DNA of 64,000 nucleotides from Alphaproteobacteria bacterium UBA998 (GTDB lineage Bacteria; Pseudomonadota; Alphaproteobacteria; Rickettsiales; UBA998): NCBI GenBank assembly GCA_002291925.1, contig DBAY01000026.1, positions 1,088 to 65,087 of the forward strand, read 5' to 3'. Shown piece by piece: positions 46,335 to 55,579 of this stretch (position 1 is its first letter; each line of letters starts with the position of its first letter). The notes under the pieces were generated by a model. It saw only the letters and a program-made list of their open reading frames with translations, ran no database searches and was not told where the DNA came from. The position numbers and the translations under genes were made by a program.

Positions 46335-47171
46335 GTGAAGTCCTACCGCCGCCCTCGCAACCAGTCCCTCGTTCTGCCCGTCCGCACGTGGCTTGCTGCG
46401 GGTAGCGCCGTGGTGTTGTTCTCCAGCGCGGTGACGCTGGCCATCCTCAACCGGCAAGGCCATCCCCTGCCTGACCATGTGCGGCACGTGGTCACCGATA
46501 TCGTCTCCCCCGTCATCGCGGCGCTCTCCAGCCCGGCCGACCTGTTCCGCTACGTGGGCGATCGCACCGAGCAGTTGATGCAGCTCGATGAGGAAAACAT
46601 CCGCCTGCGCGACCAGAACGCCGCGCTGCTGCACTGGCAGACCGTCGCCCGCCGCCTGCAGACGGAAAACGAGACGCTGCGCCAGCTGCTGAACGTAAAG
46701 GCCAGCCCTGAATACCGCTTCACCACCGCGCGCGTCGTCACCGGCAGCGCCAGCATCTTCTCGCACACGCTTCTGCTCTCGGAAGGCATTGGCGACGGCA
46801 TCGTCGAGGATCAGGCGGTCATTACCGATGAAGGGCTGGTGGGTCGCATCATCGAGGCAGGGGCCACCTCCGCGCAGGTGCTGCTGATGACGGACATCAA
46901 CTCGCGCCTGCCAGTGGAAATCGAGCAGACGGGCGAGAAGGCGATTCTCGCCGGCGACAATACGCAGCGCCCGCTGCTGCAACTCGCCAATGACAAATTG
47001 CGCCCGGCCATCGGCCAGCGCATCGTCACCGCCAGCGACGGCGGCGTCTTCCCCGCCGGGTTCGTGGTGGGTGAAATCGCTTCGATCGAGAAGAACCAGA
47101 TTCGCATCCAGCCTTATGTGAACGGCTCGCGGCTCGCCTTTGTGCGCACCATCAGCCTGAAACAGCCGTGA
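46335..47171 (+). CDS. mreC: rod shape-determining protein MreC
   Basis: N-terminal TM segment, a coiled coil (EENIRLRDQNAALLHWQ...ENETLRQLLN), then a beta-rich domain (VITDEGLVGRIIE). It has a GTG start and is followed by mreD. Confidence 0.85.
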   Translation: MKSYRRPRNQSLVLPVRTWLAAGSAVVLFSSAVTLAILNRQGHPLPDHVRHVVTDIVSPVIAALSSPADLFRYVGDRTEQLMQLDEENIRLRDQNAALLHWQTVARRLQTENETLRQLLNVKASPEYRFTTARVVTGSASIFSHTLLLSEGIGDGIVEDQAVITDEGLVGRIIEAGATSAQVLLMTDINSRLPVEIEQTGEKAILAGDNTQRPLLQLANDKLRPAIGQRIVTASDGGVFPAGFVVGEIASIEKNQIRIQPYVNGSRLAFVRTISLKQP

Positions 47172-47683
47172 GCGCCACCGACCGCCCGTCGGTCACCCTC
47201 GGCCGCCGCATTGTGCCGCCGGTCTGCATCACGCTCGCCACCTTGTTGCATCTCGCCCGCTTGCCCATGGTCGAATGGCTGTCCGCCGCCCCGGCGCTGA
47301 ACCTCATTGCCATCTATTACTGGACGCTGGCGCGCCCGAACCGCGTGCCGTTCTGGCTGCTGTTCGTGCTGGGCCTCATCGCTGACAGCATCTCCACCGC
47401 GCCGCTCGGCGTGCATGCGCTGCTCTATTTCGGCGGCTACCTGCTCGCGCGCATGATCCGCCGACGGATGGAATCGCCCTCGCTGCTGCCCATGTGGGGC
47501 GTGTTTGCTCCCTGGCTGCTCGTGCTGCTGCTTGGCGAATGGCTGCTTGCGGGCTGGCAGCGCGAGGCCCTGCCCCCGCTCGGCGCCCTGCCGCTGCAAT
47601 GGATCATCAGTATTTTCTTCTACCCGCTTCTGCATCTTCTCTTTGACCGCGTGCTGACGTATGGTCAGCGCTGGCGGCTCTGA
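47168..47683 (+). CDS. mreD: rod shape-determining protein MreD
   Basis: Small polytopic membrane protein that overlaps the mreC stop and lies upstream of mrdA. Confidence 0.8.
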   Translation: MSATDRPSVTLGRRIVPPVCITLATLLHLARLPMVEWLSAAPALNLIAIYYWTLARPNRVPFWLLFVLGLIADSISTAPLGVHALLYFGGYLLARMIRRRMESPSLLPMWGVFAPWLLVLLLGEWLLAGWQREALPPLGALPLQWIISIFFYPLLHLLFDRVLTYGQRWRL

Positions 47684-47718
47684 GCAGCTGCTGCGCCACC
47701 CAACCCAACTGGACCGCG

Positions 47719-49554
47719 ATGCGCACCACGCATGAATCTCAGCGTATTCTCACCCGCCGCGCTTTTGCGCTGGGCGGACTGCAGCTTGGCATTGGCAGCA
47801 TCCTGGCCTCGCGGCTCTATTACCTGCAATTCGTGAAGGCGGAAACCTACCGCACCATGGCGGAGGATAACCGCGTCAACCTGCAGCTGCTTGCCCCGGA
47901 GCGCGGCCTGCTGCTGGATCGCAACGGCATCCCGCTGGCAGAGAACCGCGCTAATCACCGCGTGCTGATGGAGCGCGGCGAGCGCGACCAGTCGCTGAGC
48001 GTGTTGCGCGACGTGGCGAAACTGCTCAAGCTGTCGCCCGAAGCGCAGAAGAAACTGACCGAGGAATTGCTGCGCCTGCCGCGTGGACGCACGCTGCTGC
48101 TGCGCGAATATCTCAGCTGGGATGAAGTCGCGGCGCTGGAATTCCACTCCCCCCGACTGCCCGGCATCTCGCTCGATGCGGGCTTCATGCGGTATTACCC
48201 GCTGGTCGACAAGGCCTCGCACCTCATCGGCTTTGTCGGCGCAGTCACCGACAAGGACCTCGCGCGCGAGCCGGAGAACAAGGGATTGCTGAAGCTGCCC
48301 GGCTATAAAATCGGCAAGGACGGCATCGAGGTGATGCTGGAGGAGCAGTTGCGCGGCACGGCGGGCATGCTCCATATGGAGATGAACGCGCACGGCCTGC
48401 CGGTGAAGGAGGTGAAGCGCCAGCCGCCGGTGCCGGGCAAGAAAACCACCCTCACCATCGACGCTGAATTGCAGACCTATGCCGCCCAGCGCTTCGGCGA
48501 GGAATCGGGCGCCGCCATCATCATGCGCGTGGATAATGGCGACGTGCTGGCGCTGACCTCCGTGCCCGCGTTTGACCCCAACCGCTTCAGCATGGGCATT
48601 CGCAGCGATTACTGGAAAGAACTGCTCGCCAACAAGAAGAACCCGCTGATGAACAAGGCGACGGCGGGCCAGTACCCGCCCGGCTCCACCTACAAGATGC
48701 TGGTGGGTCTGGCTGCGCTGGAGGCGGGCGTCATCACGCAGTCCAGTCGCGTCTATTGCCCCGGCCATTTCTTCCTCGGCAACCACCGCTTCAATTGCTG
48801 GAAGCCGGAGGGCCATGGCTCGGTGAACGTGGTGGAGGCCATCGCCAAGTCCTGCGACACGTTCTTCTACACGATGGCACAGCGCCTCGGTATCGACAAG
48901 ATTGCCGAGATGTCGCGCCGCTTCGGCCTTGGCGAGCCCACCGGCATCGGCCTACCGCATGAGAAGGGCGGCATCATGCCAGATGAGCAATGGAAGCGCC
49001 AGCGCTACGGCCAGCCCTGGCATCCGGGCGATACCATCAATTGCGGCATCGGGCAGGGCTATGTCATCGCCACGCCCATGCAGCTTGCCGTGATGGTGGC
49101 GCGGCTCTGTACGGGCAGACACATCGTGCCGCGGCTGGAGATTCCCGAAAAAGAAGACAAGGATCCCAAAACGCTGAAGGTCGACCCGCAGCACCTCGCC
49201 ACCATCCAGCAGGGGATGGACGCGGTGTGCAACGCGCAGATGGGCACCGCCTACTGGTACACGCTGCGCGAGGGCCCCTTCCGCATGGGTGGCAAGACGG
49301 GTACCTCGCAGGTACGGCGCATCCTGATTCGCGGGCAGGATCAGAACCGCATCCCGTGGGAGCAGCGTCACCACGCGCTGTTCGTCGGCTACGCGCCGGT
49401 GGAAGCGCCGAAATATGCCTGTGCCGTCATCGTGGAGCATGGCGGCGGCGGGGCCTCGGCGGCCGCGCCCGTGGCGCGCGACCTGCTGGCGAAAACATTA
49501 CAGCTTTATGAAAACGGCCCACCGCCTCCGGAAAAACTGACGCCCTACTCATGA
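47719..49554 (+). CDS. mrdA: penicillin-binding protein 2 (elongasome transpeptidase)
   Basis: PBP dimerisation domain plus a transpeptidase domain with STYK, SCD (AIAKSCDTFFY) and KTGT motifs. Confidence 0.92.
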   Translation: MRTTHESQRILTRRAFALGGLQLGIGSILASRLYYLQFVKAETYRTMAEDNRVNLQLLAPERGLLLDRNGIPLAENRANHRVLMERGERDQSLSVLRDVAKLLKLSPEAQKKLTEELLRLPRGRTLLLREYLSWDEVAALEFHSPRLPGISLDAGFMRYYPLVDKASHLIGFVGAVTDKDLAREPENKGLLKLPGYKIGKDGIEVMLEEQLRGTAGMLHMEMNAHGLPVKEVKRQPPVPGKKTTLTIDAELQTYAAQRFGEESGAAIIMRVDNGDVLALTSVPAFDPNRFSMGIRSDYWKELLANKKNPLMNKATAGQYPPGSTYKMLVGLAALEAGVITQSSRVYCPGHFFLGNHRFNCWKPEGHGSVNVVEAIAKSCDTFFYTMAQRLGIDKIAEMSRRFGLGEPTGIGLPHEKGGIMPDEQWKRQRYGQPWHPGDTINCGIGQGYVIATPMQLAVMVARLCTGRHIVPRLEIPEKEDKDPKTLKVDPQHLATIQQGMDAVCNAQMGTAYWYTLREGPFRMGGKTGTSQVRRILIRGQDQNRIPWEQRHHALFVGYAPVEAPKYACAVIVEHGGGGASAAAPVARDLLAKTLQLYENGPPPPEKLTPYS

Positions 49555-50672
49555 TCAGCACCTTGTTTGGACGTACCATCGGCCTGAAACTCTCCAGCAT
49601 CCACTGGTGGGCGGTGGGGCTTGTGCTCGCCATCGGCCTCGCGGGACTCGCCATGCTGTACTCTGCGGCGGGCGGGCATATCCGCCCGTGGGCCTCGGCG
49701 CAGGGCATCCGCTTCGTCGCGGGGCTGGTGGCCATGTTCATCATCGCCGTCATCCCCATCCAGTTCTGGCTGAAATACGCGTATCTCTTTTACGGCGGCG
49801 CGGTGGCGATGCTCGTCATCGTGGAGGTGATGGGGCATATCGGCATGGGCGCGCAGCGCTGGGTGTCAGTGGGCGGCGTGATGCTGCAGCCTTCTGAACT
49901 CGGCAAGCTCGCCGTCATCCTCGCCCTCTCCCGCTATTTCCACCGCATGCCGCCGCTGAAGCATCCGGGGCTGCTGCATCTGATTCCGCCCATTCTCATG
50001 GTGGCGGTGCCCGCCGCGCTTATCCTGAAGCAGCCCAACCTCGGCACTACAACCATCGTGGTGGCGGTGAGCGGCTGGATTGCCTTCGCCGCCGGGGTGC
50101 GGATGCGCTACTTCATCACCGTGCTGGTCATCGTGCTGGCGGCCCTGCCGGTGGCGTGGGAGCTGATGCATGACTACCAGCGCCAGCGCGTGATGACCTT
50201 CCTCAATCCCGAAGCAGACCCGCTGGGGGCAGGCTACAATATTACCCAGTCCATGATCGCCATCGGCTCCGGCGGCGTGTTCGGCAAGGGCTTCATGGAA
50301 GGCTCGCAGGGGCAGCTGGACTTCCTGCCGGAAAAACAGACGGACTTCATCTTTACCATGACGGCGGAAGAATTCGGCTTCATGGGCGGCATGCTGGTGA
50401 TCGCGTCCTACAGCGCGATGGTGATCTACGCCATCGCGGTCTCCACGCGCTGCCGCCATCTATTCGGCACGCTGGTGGCGCAGGGCGTGGCGGCGATGCT
50501 GTGTCTGCACATGACCATCAACATCGCTATGGTGATGGGCCTGATTCCCGTAGTGGGCATCCCCCTGCCGCTGATGTCCTACGGCGGCTCCGTGATGATT
50601 GCCGCCATGCTCGGCTTTGGCCTGCTCTTCAACGTGTGGGTCCACCGCGATGAGAAATTGCGCGGCGCGTGA
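49551..50672 (+). CDS. rodA: SEDS-family peptidoglycan polymerase RodA
   Basis: Polytopic FtsW/RodA/SpoVE family protein (QPSELGKL, PEKQTDFIF, PLPLMSYGGS). A 4-nt overlap joins it to mrdA. Confidence 0.92.
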   Translation: MISTLFGRTIGLKLSSIHWWAVGLVLAIGLAGLAMLYSAAGGHIRPWASAQGIRFVAGLVAMFIIAVIPIQFWLKYAYLFYGGAVAMLVIVEVMGHIGMGAQRWVSVGGVMLQPSELGKLAVILALSRYFHRMPPLKHPGLLHLIPPILMVAVPAALILKQPNLGTTTIVVAVSGWIAFAAGVRMRYFITVLVIVLAALPVAWELMHDYQRQRVMTFLNPEADPLGAGYNITQSMIAIGSGGVFGKGFMEGSQGQLDFLPEKQTDFIFTMTAEEFGFMGGMLVIASYSAMVIYAIAVSTRCRHLFGTLVAQGVAAMLCLHMTINIAMVMGLIPVVGIPLPLMSYGGSVMIAAMLGFGLLFNVWVHRDEKLRGA

Positions 50673-50676
50673 TGCG

Positions 50677-51447
50677 CTAGCGCTTCACCTGCCCCGTAGC
50701 CAGCGCGGCGAGGTATTTCCAGTTCACCTGCGAAAGCAGGCTGGCATGGATGAGGGAAATCCAGTCGAGCTTGCGCCAGTCGAGATAGATATCGTCGGGC
50801 AGTTTCTGGAACTTTTCCTCGTCGATCGTCATGAAGCCGCGCAGATTCACCTGGGCGCCATCGGGCAGCGTGAGGGTAGAGACGCGCTCAACCAGCAAAT
50901 TCTGATCCATCAGGCCCTGCACGAAATCGCGCGTGAAGCGGTAATGCTGCTGGAAGGCGCTGCAGAAATCGAGCGCGCGCTGCGACACCTCGCCCGCCTT
51001 GCCTTCGACATAAAACGGCATCTTCGGCGCACTGGCCGCGTAATTCTGCGCGGCCTCATCCACGCAGAGAATCCATTGCTGGCGGTCGGGTGATTCCATC
51101 AGCGCGAACGGATATTTACGCACATATGCGGGGATGTAGCTGTCCTCGCGCCAGCGGCCGGCGGTATCGAGGAAGTAATTCTCGTTCTCCAGCCCAACCA
51201 GCGCCACCGGCATGGGCTCGGCGCCCGAGGTGAACACGATGGGGTAGCTGCGCGCCGCTTCGGAAAACTCGACAGCATTGAGCGGAATGGAGTTGGTGCC
51301 GCGGGCGAAGTTGAGATTGGGCAGGTCATTCAGCCCGGCGGCCGCATGGCGGTCCAACGTGATCGGCTGCGGCGAGACATAGAAGAGAGGATGGTGGGCC
51401 GCCGTCTGCCCGGTGGTTGTTCCGTTGTGACGTGCGGCCTCATTCAT
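50677..51447 (-). CDS. SapC-family protein
   Basis: FYVSPQPITLDRHA...NSIPLNAVEFSEAARSYPIVF...YIPAYVRKYPF matches the SapC family pattern as I recall it. It lies 19 nt downstream of tpsA on the same strand. Confidence 0.7.
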   Translation of the reverse strand: MNEAARHNGTTTGQTAAHHPLFYVSPQPITLDRHAAAGLNDLPNLNFARGTNSIPLNAVEFSEAARSYPIVFTSGAEPMPVALVGLENENYFLDTAGRWREDSYIPAYVRKYPFALMESPDRQQWILCVDEAAQNYAASAPKMPFYVEGKAGEVSQRALDFCSAFQQHYRFTRDFVQGLMDQNLLVERVSTLTLPDGAQVNLRGFMTIDEEKFQKLPDDIYLDWRKLDWISLIHASLLSQVNWKYLAALATGQVKR

Positions 51448-51466
51448 ATCCTTATCCTTATGCTAA

Positions 51467-54400
51467 CTAGAAGCGCTGCTCCTCGCGGCAGGTCGCTCCA
51501 TCAAAGTCAGCGGCGTAGCCTGCGTCAAGGTAATTATTGGCGCAGCTACCCCCCTCGCCTCCGGAAGCCGGAGCAAGGTTATTCAGCCCCTCACCCGTGT
51601 TGCCACCCGCGGCCGGGCTCAGGTTGGCAAGCGTATCAGCCGAAGCCGTCTGCGGCAGCTGGCCAGCCGGGGCGACGGAACGACCCGCTTCTACCGGCGC
51701 AGTGCCGCCCGTGTTGACCCAGGCGTAGCGGGCGCGCTTGCTTTCGGAGCCACCGGTGAGGCGGGCACGGCGCTGCGTCTGGCCTTGGCCCCCACCCGAT
51801 GCCGGGCTCAGGTTGGCGAGCGATGTGGCGTCGTTGCCGAAGCTGGCCAGACGGTTACCGCCGCCGAGCAGGGTAAGGTTCACATCGGTATTGCCGAAGT
51901 AATACTGATCACCCAGCGTTTCGCCGAAGTAAGAGTATAGGTTCTGCGCGAAGTCAGACTGGCGGTTCAGCTCGATTTCCTCCAGTGCCACCAGGTTAAT
52001 GGCCGGGGTGATCGTCGGGGTCAACGTACCACCGGGGGTGATCGGCGTACCCGGATCAATAGGGCCATCCGGACCGGAAGATTGGGGGTTGATGATGATG
52101 AGCCGTCCCGTGTTGCTACCAACGGTTTGGAAGTCGCTGTAACGGCCTTGGCGTGATGCGGTGTTCGCCTCAGCAAAGGGATTTGCACCGTTATAGACAA
52201 TGTTGGCATCGCTGTCCGCCGGGGTACCGAGCGCAACAATCTCCAGCGTGGCATTGGCCGTACCATTTACAGGGTCTCCGGCCTCGGAGATATCAGTGGT
52301 AATGGTGCGCGAGCGGGTGGTGCCCAGTGTTACCGTACCGTTGGGGGCGCCCATGAACAAATAGCTGAAAGCATTCGTGCCGCCCAGCGCCTGTACATCT
52401 ACGTTGCCAAGCGTCAGATTTTCGCCCGCAATGAAGTAGGCGGTGGCGGAGCTGGTGCCGGTGTCGGTCGGACGGCGGCCGCGGAACCCACCTTGCGCAA
52501 GGACATTCACATCGCCAGTGACCTTGATGTCCTTACCGGCGGTCACATCCAACGCCACCACAGAGGAGCGCGTGGCCCCGTTATTGTCCTCGCCCGTAAT
52601 GTTGATGGAACCACCGAGCAGGATGTTCTCCGCTGCCTTCAGCGAGGCGGCGATCAGATCGACCGAGCCGCGATTGACGTCATCGAAGGCAAACATCGAA
52701 ATGGCATCAGTGGTCAGATCGCCTGCGGAATCCGCGTTGATCGTGGTGGTGCCAAACGTGCCCGCCGTAGACAGGTCACCCACCGTGATGTCACCGCCAT
52801 TCGTGGTGGTGAGCGCAATACTGCCGGCCTGGAAAGGCGCAGTCGGCGTAGTAAGGAAGGTCAGGCTGCCCGTGCTGACATTATCGAGCTTGATGCCTCC
52901 TTGGCCGGCCAGAGCGATAACGCTGGCCGTGAAACTATCGATATCGCCACTTACGGTGACCGAGTTGCCGCCCTCGAGTTTCAGGAGGCGGTCCGAACGC
53001 ATGGGCACGGTGGTGCCGCCAGCGATGATAGCGTCCTCCGGTGTGCGCACGACAATCGGGCTGTTAATGGTGACATTATTGGTTGCCTTGAAATGAGCGA
53101 TAGTGTCGGTGATCGGCACCAGCATCTTATGGGCGTTGATGAAGATGTTACCAATGGCATTACCTGTGCCGATGACGGTCTTCTTTGCTAATGAGATAAC
53201 GTCGAAGTGCGCGGTGTACTGGTTCTTCGCATCGATAGTCACGTCTGCGAAGGCATCATTTCCGCCATCTGCATCAGCATGGACGCGGTGCAATTCAACA
53301 TTATTGCCGCTGATACGAATGCTCGCGCGGGATTCGCCCTCGTCACCGGCCTTGCGGACGCCGCCATCTGCATTGGCGTAGACTTGGCCTTTTACGAAGA
53401 CGTCGTTCACAGCTTCCAGATTAATGAACGCACGGGCGTTGCGTGTAGCGCCCTGATCATCCCAAGCGCGGGCCAAGACATCCTGCTTCACAGTGATATC
53501 GCCGCCCGCTTTGACAGAGATACGTGCTGTATCCGCGGTCCCCGGGTCCGGCTGATCATCGACGCGCACGAGCAAGCTGCGCGCTGTGAAGTCCTTGCCG
53601 GCATCCACCAGAATGCTGGTGGTTTTGTCGGTGCCGCGTGCGACCAGGTCCTGCACGGTAATATCGCCGCCACTGCTGGTAAGGCGGATGTCGCCCGCTT
53701 GAATGTCACCCGTCGGGGCGTCAAGCGCTGGGTAGGCACCATTGATACCAGTCCGAATACTGCCAATATTGATGCCGCCGCTGCCGGTCAGCAGGGTGAC
53801 GTCGCCGCTGGTCGTGCGAATCATGTCACCATTCGAATCAAAACGGATAGCGCTGTCGGCTGCAAGCGTACGAAGGGTGATATCACCCGCACCGCCTGTC
53901 AGTTCATTGTCTTTCAGGTTCTGCATGCGGATGAGATCGGTGGCCACGATGCTAACCGCCATGCCTGCTTGAGACTTGTTTTCGATCCATTGCTCAGAGA
54001 TATTGTTCAGCAGGCCGTTATTCCCGCCGTTATTGATGATGATGGTAGCCGGATCGATGAGGATGCTACCGCCCTTGCCACCAAAGCCCATGGCTTGCAT
54101 GCCACCCGCCAGCAGGATATCGGCGCCGCTAAGCTCGAGTTTGCCACCGTTATACCCAGAAGCGCTGATGTCCGCGTCATCGAGCAGCGCGGCCGTGCCT
54201 TTCTGTGCCAACACCTTGATGGTGCCAGCTTTTGTCTTGCCAACTTCGCTGTTAGCATCAGCAATCAGGTGCGCCCCGTGACCGCCGCCAGAGACCGGCT
54301 CATTGGAGAAACTTCCCTTCATCGTTGTCATCTTGTCGCTGCTGCCGCCGAGAATCGCATGGCGCTCGGCGTTGGCGAAAATGACGCCGCCTTGTTGGGT

Positions 54401-55399
54401 ATCACTTACATCGACCGTAGCGCCGTTGCGCACGATAATGTCACGACCCTTCATCTCGACCGTACCGCCTTTAGTTACAGGGGTTGGGCCTTCGGTTACT
54501 CTCGCAGTCTTAAGCCCGGCATTGCCCGTCGCGTTGATATCGCCTTCAACCAGCACAAGGCCGTTGGCGGTGGCGATGAGTTGCTCGGCATCCGGCACGC
54601 CTTGGGTGTTTACAACGTTATTGACCACATTGCTCGCTGCCTTGGCAGTCAGCAGAACACGCCCGCCTTCTGCCTCAATGTAACCCGCGTGACGTACCAG
54701 CGTATCGCTGTTACGGTTGCTGACGGCGAAGCTCACCAGACCGTCGCCGTTCAGGTCAACGGTGGCAGTTTCCGCGCCAGCCAGCACAACCTGGCCACGA
54801 TTGGCGACCAGTACGCCGTTATTGACCACCTGCGGCGCTACAACGGCAACCAGCCCATTTTGCTCTGCCGTACTGTTGATAATCGCTCCGTTCTGTATTT
54901 CAATCTTGGCGTTGCGCGCTCCAGCCTCATTGAATTTCAGCGCCTGATCGTTCAGGAAATTGTTGCTTTTGATGTTGGCCGTGGTGGCGATAATACCCGC
55001 AACATCCACGCGGCTTTCCGGACCGAAAACCATGCCATTCGGGTTGGCGATGATGACGCGTCCGTTTGCAGAGATGCTGCCGAGGATCTGCGAGGGATTG
55101 GCATCGGCCACGACGCGGTTGAGAGTCATCGAGGTGACACTGGGCTGATTGAAGCGGACCGCCTCGCTCGTACCAACATTGAACGTATTCCAGTTGATTA
55201 CGCCGCGATCTGCCATCTGGTTAATGGTCGTGGTATTTGCGCCGCTAGAAATTGTGGCAATGGCGTTGCCGCCTTCGACAACACCGCCGGTTGGCAGCGC
55301 CAGCGCACCCGGTGGCAACATGATCAGCGCGGTCAGCGCAGTAGAGCAAGCCAAGTACTGACGGTCAGAAAAAAAAAGAAAAGCGGCCGAACGTTGCAT
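51467..55399 (-). CDS. two-partner-secretion exoprotein (TpsA; filamentous-haemagglutinin-type beta-helix adhesin), 1310 aa
   Basis: Signal peptide, then a TPS domain: INWNTFNVGTSEAVRFNQP...LNRVV...SQILGSISANGRVIIANPNGMVFG. A long Gly/Asn/Thr-rich beta-helix repeat region follows. The C-terminal tail carries LANLSPA(A/S)GG motifs and a Cys pair. Confidence 0.9.
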   Translation of the reverse strand: MQRSAAFLFFSDRQYLACSTALTALIMLPPGALALPTGGVVEGGNAIATISSGANTTTINQMADRGVINWNTFNVGTSEAVRFNQPSVTSMTLNRVVADANPSQILGSISANGRVIIANPNGMVFGPESRVDVAGIIATTANIKSNNFLNDQALKFNEAGARNAKIEIQNGAIINSTAEQNGLVAVVAPQVVNNGVLVANRGQVVLAGAETATVDLNGDGLVSFAVSNRNSDTLVRHAGYIEAEGGRVLLTAKAASNVVNNVVNTQGVPDAEQLIATANGLVLVEGDINATGNAGLKTARVTEGPTPVTKGGTVEMKGRDIIVRNGATVDVSDTQQGGVIFANAERHAILGGSSDKMTTMKGSFSNEPVSGGGHGAHLIADANSEVGKTKAGTIKVLAQKGTAALLDDADISASGYNGGKLELSGADILLAGGMQAMGFGGKGGSILIDPATIIINNGGNNGLLNNISEQWIENKSQAGMAVSIVATDLIRMQNLKDNELTGGAGDITLRTLAADSAIRFDSNGDMIRTTSGDVTLLTGSGGINIGSIRTGINGAYPALDAPTGDIQAGDIRLTSSGGDITVQDLVARGTDKTTSILVDAGKDFTARSLLVRVDDQPDPGTADTARISVKAGGDITVKQDVLARAWDDQGATRNARAFINLEAVNDVFVKGQVYANADGGVRKAGDEGESRASIRISGNNVELHRVHADADGGNDAFADVTIDAKNQYTAHFDVISLAKKTVIGTGNAIGNIFINAHKMLVPITDTIAHFKATNNVTINSPIVVRTPEDAIIAGGTTVPMRSDRLLKLEGGNSVTVSGDIDSFTASVIALAGQGGIKLDNVSTGSLTFLTTPTAPFQAGSIALTTTNGGDITVGDLSTAGTFGTTTINADSAGDLTTDAISMFAFDDVNRGSVDLIAASLKAAENILLGGSINITGEDNNGATRSSVVALDVTAGKDIKVTGDVNVLAQGGFRGRRPTDTGTSSATAYFIAGENLTLGNVDVQALGGTNAFSYLFMGAPNGTVTLGTTRSRTITTDISEAGDPVNGTANATLEIVALGTPADSDANIVYNGANPFAEANTASRQGRYSDFQTVGSNTGRLIIINPQSSGPDGPIDPGTPITPGGTLTPTITPAINLVALEEIELNRQSDFAQNLYSYFGETLGDQYYFGNTDVNLTLLGGGNRLASFGNDATSLANLSPASGGGQGQTQRRARLTGGSESKRARYAWVNTGGTAPVEAGRSVAPAGQLPQTASADTLANLSPAAGGNTGEGLNNLAPASGGEGGSCANNYLDAGYAADFDGATCREEQRF

Positions 55400-55492
55400 G
55401 ATAGAAGTCCCCTCTACTTAAAATCGTGCCGCGCCGATGCGGCCTGCTAGTGAAAGTAGAGGTTCTGATACTATGGATTTGTCACAAATCCA
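55400..55492 (-). promoter_or_regulatory. tpsA leader: hairpin overlapping the SD, plus a perfect 9-1-9 palindrome
   Basis: mRNA sense: CCUCUACUU-N31-AAGUAGAGG, where the 3' arm overlaps the SD (AGAGGGGA, 8 nt before the AUG). The inner hairpin is gccgc-N6-gcggc. The palindrome tggatttgt-c-acaaatcca lies at 55474-55492. Confidence 0.5.
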
Positions 55493-55579
55493 AGAGAAAT
55501 TTACCGAATGTTAACCAGTTGCATGGTGCCTCGCATTTCACATTCTAGCAACGCGTGAAGAACCTAGAAAAGAAAAGTT

